From the NCBI GenBank assembly GCA_001779095.1, contig MFJD01000008.1:1873-40889 (forward strand): 39,017 nt of DNA, given 5' to 3'. A program made the translations under genes and the position numbers. Under the pieces are notes generated by a model, which made no database searches, was not told the origin of the DNA, and saw only the letters and a list, made by a program, of their open reading frames with translations. The stretch is from Candidatus Gottesmanbacteria bacterium RBG_16_52_11 (lineage in GTDB: Bacteria > Patescibacteriota > Microgenomatia > UBA10105 > UBA927). This document shows positions 36,853 to 39,017 of this stretch, one piece after another (within the stretch, counting starts at the first letter, position 1; each line of letters opens with the position of its first letter).

Positions 36853-37620
36853 ATGAACGCGTGGATTACTGCCTTACCCGCAACAATCCGTAACAAGCCG
36901 TTTCTGTTCTTTTCGGCGCTTTTGGGGATCGTGGCTTCAGTTGCGATCCGAAACTCCAGCCTGGCGACGCTAATCGTTGCTTTGGTTTGGGGTATAACCT
37001 TCTATCTGGTGGTAAGCTTTTTCTTTGCCTGGGCCCGCAAATCCGGTGCAGGCCAGTTCATGGCCGACTATACCACCCGGGACATCGTCGTAATGGCGGC
37101 GCTTATTGCCGTCGGAGGCGTGGCCAAAGCCTACTGGGGACAGGCACGGCTGCTATTGGAATCCATGTTCGGCCCCTACGCCGTTTTCGTCATCGGTCCG
37201 GGGTTCTACATGTGGGGTGTTCTGGCCTGCATATTGGTCAGAAAACCCCTGTCCGGAACAATCAGCATGGTGCTGGGCGGCGTGGTCGAAATCCTGGCAG
37301 GCAATCCCTTCGGATTACCGGTCCTTCTCTTTAATTTCTGGGAAGGATTCGGCCCTGATTTGGCCTATCAGGGCGTCTTTAGGGGCAAACGGTACGACTG
37401 GCTTCCGGGAATCGTGGGGGGATGGTTCAGTGCGATTTTCGGGCTGTGGTATGGCTGGGTATATTTCGGTTTTAGCCAGTTGCCACTATGGGCCTTCATC
37501 ATCTACCTGCTGGAAGTGTTTGTTGCCGGCATTCTCGGCGGCATTGCCGGGTATCTGCTGGCTAAAGGCCTCGAGGCAATCGGAGTCAAACAACCGGCTC
37601 CGGCGGTTATCGAATCCTGA
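36853..37620 (+). CDS. ECF transporter substrate-binding (S) component, YkoE-like, with N-terminal TM extension
   Basis: TTRDIVVMAAL, LVRKPLSG, VEILAGNPFG, EGFGPDL; SD GGAGG. Confidence 0.85.
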   Translation: MNAWITALPATIRNKPFLFFSALLGIVASVAIRNSSLATLIVALVWGITFYLVVSFFFAWARKSGAGQFMADYTTRDIVVMAALIAVGGVAKAYWGQARLLLESMFGPYAVFVIGPGFYMWGVLACILVRKPLSGTISMVLGGVVEILAGNPFGLPVLLFNFWEGFGPDLAYQGVFRGKRYDWLPGIVGGWFSAIFGLWYGWVYFGFSQLPLWAFIIYLLEVFVAGILGGIAGYLLAKGLEAIGVKQPAPAVIES

Positions 37621-37643
37621 CCGGTACTGCTGCCGATCCGAAA

Positions 37644-37690
37644 GCCGGGTCGTACCTGATTTTCTTTGGGTGCGGCCCGGTATTTTTTCT
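37644..37690 (+). terminator. Intrinsic terminator-like hairpin between S component and ATPase genes
   Basis: gccgggtcgtacc..ggtgcggcccggt (with GU pairs) followed by attttttct. Confidence 0.55.
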
Positions 37691-37709
37691 TTCCACAGGA
37701 AGGTGTGGC

Positions 37710-39017
37710 ATGGGTCTATTAGACCTGGGTAACGTCAGTTTTTTCCATGGGAACAGGCAGATTCTTGATCAGGTAACACTATCTGTCAATGCTGGTGATG
37801 TAATACTGGTTATAGGCCCCACCGGTTCGGGCAAATCGACACTGCTTCAGGTCATGGCAGGAGTTGCCCCCCAAGTCACCGGTGGCCGGATTAAGGGTAA
37901 AGTAACGCTTGAGGGGAGTGATATTCTGCATGATCCGGTTGCCTGCCGGGGGAAAATCGGACTGGTTTTGCAGGATCCTGAGCCGCAGCTAATCAATTTG
38001 ACGGTTGGGGATGAAATTGCATTCGGTCCGGAAAACCTCCGTCTTGACCGAGACGAAATCAGAGCCCGTGTCAGATGGGCAACCGATGCCTGCCGGCTGA
38101 CTGGACTGGAGAATGCACCGGTCTATACCCTTTCCGGCGGCCAGAAGCAGCGGATTGCCATCGCTGCCGGACTGGCTATGAAACCGGACATCCTGCTTCT
38201 TGACGGTCCGATGACGAACCTCGATCCGGTCGGTGCGTCCGAGGTCTTGGACACTATCACCGGCTTACTTGAAGAAAAATCGGTAAAAGCGGTGGTGATC
38301 GTCTCAAACAAGGCCGACACCCTGCTTTCCCTGGTGACCCGGGTAATCGTACTTCAGAGCGGCAGGATAATACTGGACGGTACTCCCGAAGAGGTATTCG
38401 GTAAACACCGGATGTTGCTGATGGGTGCCGGACTTTTTCTGCCTGAGGTCACTTATCTCTGGCCTGATATCCCACAGACTGGTGAAAGCTCTTCTTTGCC
38501 GCGTACCGCGGAACAGGCTATAGCGGCCCTGAAACCGCTTCAGCCGTCACTGAATTTCAACCACCGGCAACCGGCACCGAACAACCATACATCGGTGGTC
38601 ACTGTGAAAGGCCTGGATTTTTCGTATGGCAGCAACCGGGTGCTCCGGGATGTGTCTCTTGAGATAAGGAAGGCAGAGTTTCTGGCAGTCGTAGGCCAGA
38701 ACGGCAGCGGGAAATCGACGCTCATGAGCCTGATTACCGGGCTCAAAAAGCCGCAGTCAGGTGCCATAACCGTGCTGGGGCGGGATACGGTAACGTCCCC
38801 GCCGCAGGGACATGTCGGTTACGTTTTCCAGTATCCGGAACATCAGTTTGTGGCTACAACCGTCGGCGATGAACTTGCCTACGGTCTGAATAACCGGCTG
38901 GATCCTGATGAGGTCACTTTCAGGGTAAATGAGATTCTGACCCTGTTCGGTTTGAATGAGAGGCGTGACGAGTCCCCTTACACGCTCTCTGTCGGGGAAA
39001 AACGGATGCTGTCCGTT
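37710..39017 (+). CDS. ECF transporter fused double ATPase (3'-partial; absent from the ORF track)
   Basis: ATG 37710 after AGGAAGG: MGLLDLGNVSF..GPTGSGKST..LQDPE..LSGGQKQR; second Walker A GQNGSGKST, FQYPEHQF, LSVGEKR. Confidence 0.93.
   Translation, partial: MGLLDLGNVSFFHGNRQILDQVTLSVNAGDVILVIGPTGSGKSTLLQVMAGVAPQVTGGRIKGKVTLEGSDILHDPVACRGKIGLVLQDPEPQLINLTVGDEIAFGPENLRLDRDEIRARVRWATDACRLTGLENAPVYTLSGGQKQRIAIAAGLAMKPDILLLDGPMTNLDPVGASEVLDTITGLLEEKSVKAVVIVSNKADTLLSLVTRVIVLQSGRIILDGTPEEVFGKHRMLLMGAGLFLPEVTYLWPDIPQTGESSSLPRTAEQAIAALKPLQPSLNFNHRQPAPNNHTSVVTVKGLDFSYGSNRVLRDVSLEIRKAEFLAVVGQNGSGKSTLMSLITGLKKPQSGAITVLGRDTVTSPPQGHVGYVFQYPEHQFVATTVGDELAYGLNNRLDPDEVTFRVNEILTLFGLNERRDESPYTLSVGEKRMLSV

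Overview
Bacterial chromosome segment. The gene style (truncated ATP synthase delta, DUF5659-like protein, many apparently leaderless genes, tRNA without encoded CCA) suggests a Patescibacteria/CPR, Microgenomates-like genome; this is inference. Left part (1-14.7 kb), housekeeping: gatB 3' end, a GGDEF-like protein, dnaE, a full F1Fo operon (atpI/Z, B, E, F, H, A, G, D, C), a CBS protein, pyrG, rplS and yraN. Centre (14.7-26.5 kb), a composite tRNA-Lys(UUU) hotspot with three parts. (i) A small GIY-YIG nuclease gene lies between a tRNA-Lys 5' pseudo-copy and the intact tRNA; in the pseudo-copy the 8 nt that include the 5' anticodon-stem strand are replaced by a TCCGCC-N4-GGCGGA hairpin. (ii) A ~10.3 kb integrative element lacking virion morphogenesis genes sits at the tRNA 3' end. 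Its large serine recombinase gene appears to be split by its own att site, so the C-terminus would differ between integrated and excised states. It also carries a replication module behind a structured terminating leader, an XRE regulator and cargo, including a 1102-aa membrane protein whose C-terminus looks HK97-capsid-like. (iii) A second tRNA-Lys remnant with a covarying hairpin lies just outside the putative attR. Right part (26.8-39 kb): surface and glycan genes, pspC-domain, NAGPA-like and CofE-like genes, a PRTase, and an ECF transporter behind a long structured leader. All family assignments are by-eye motif recognition; no searches were run.
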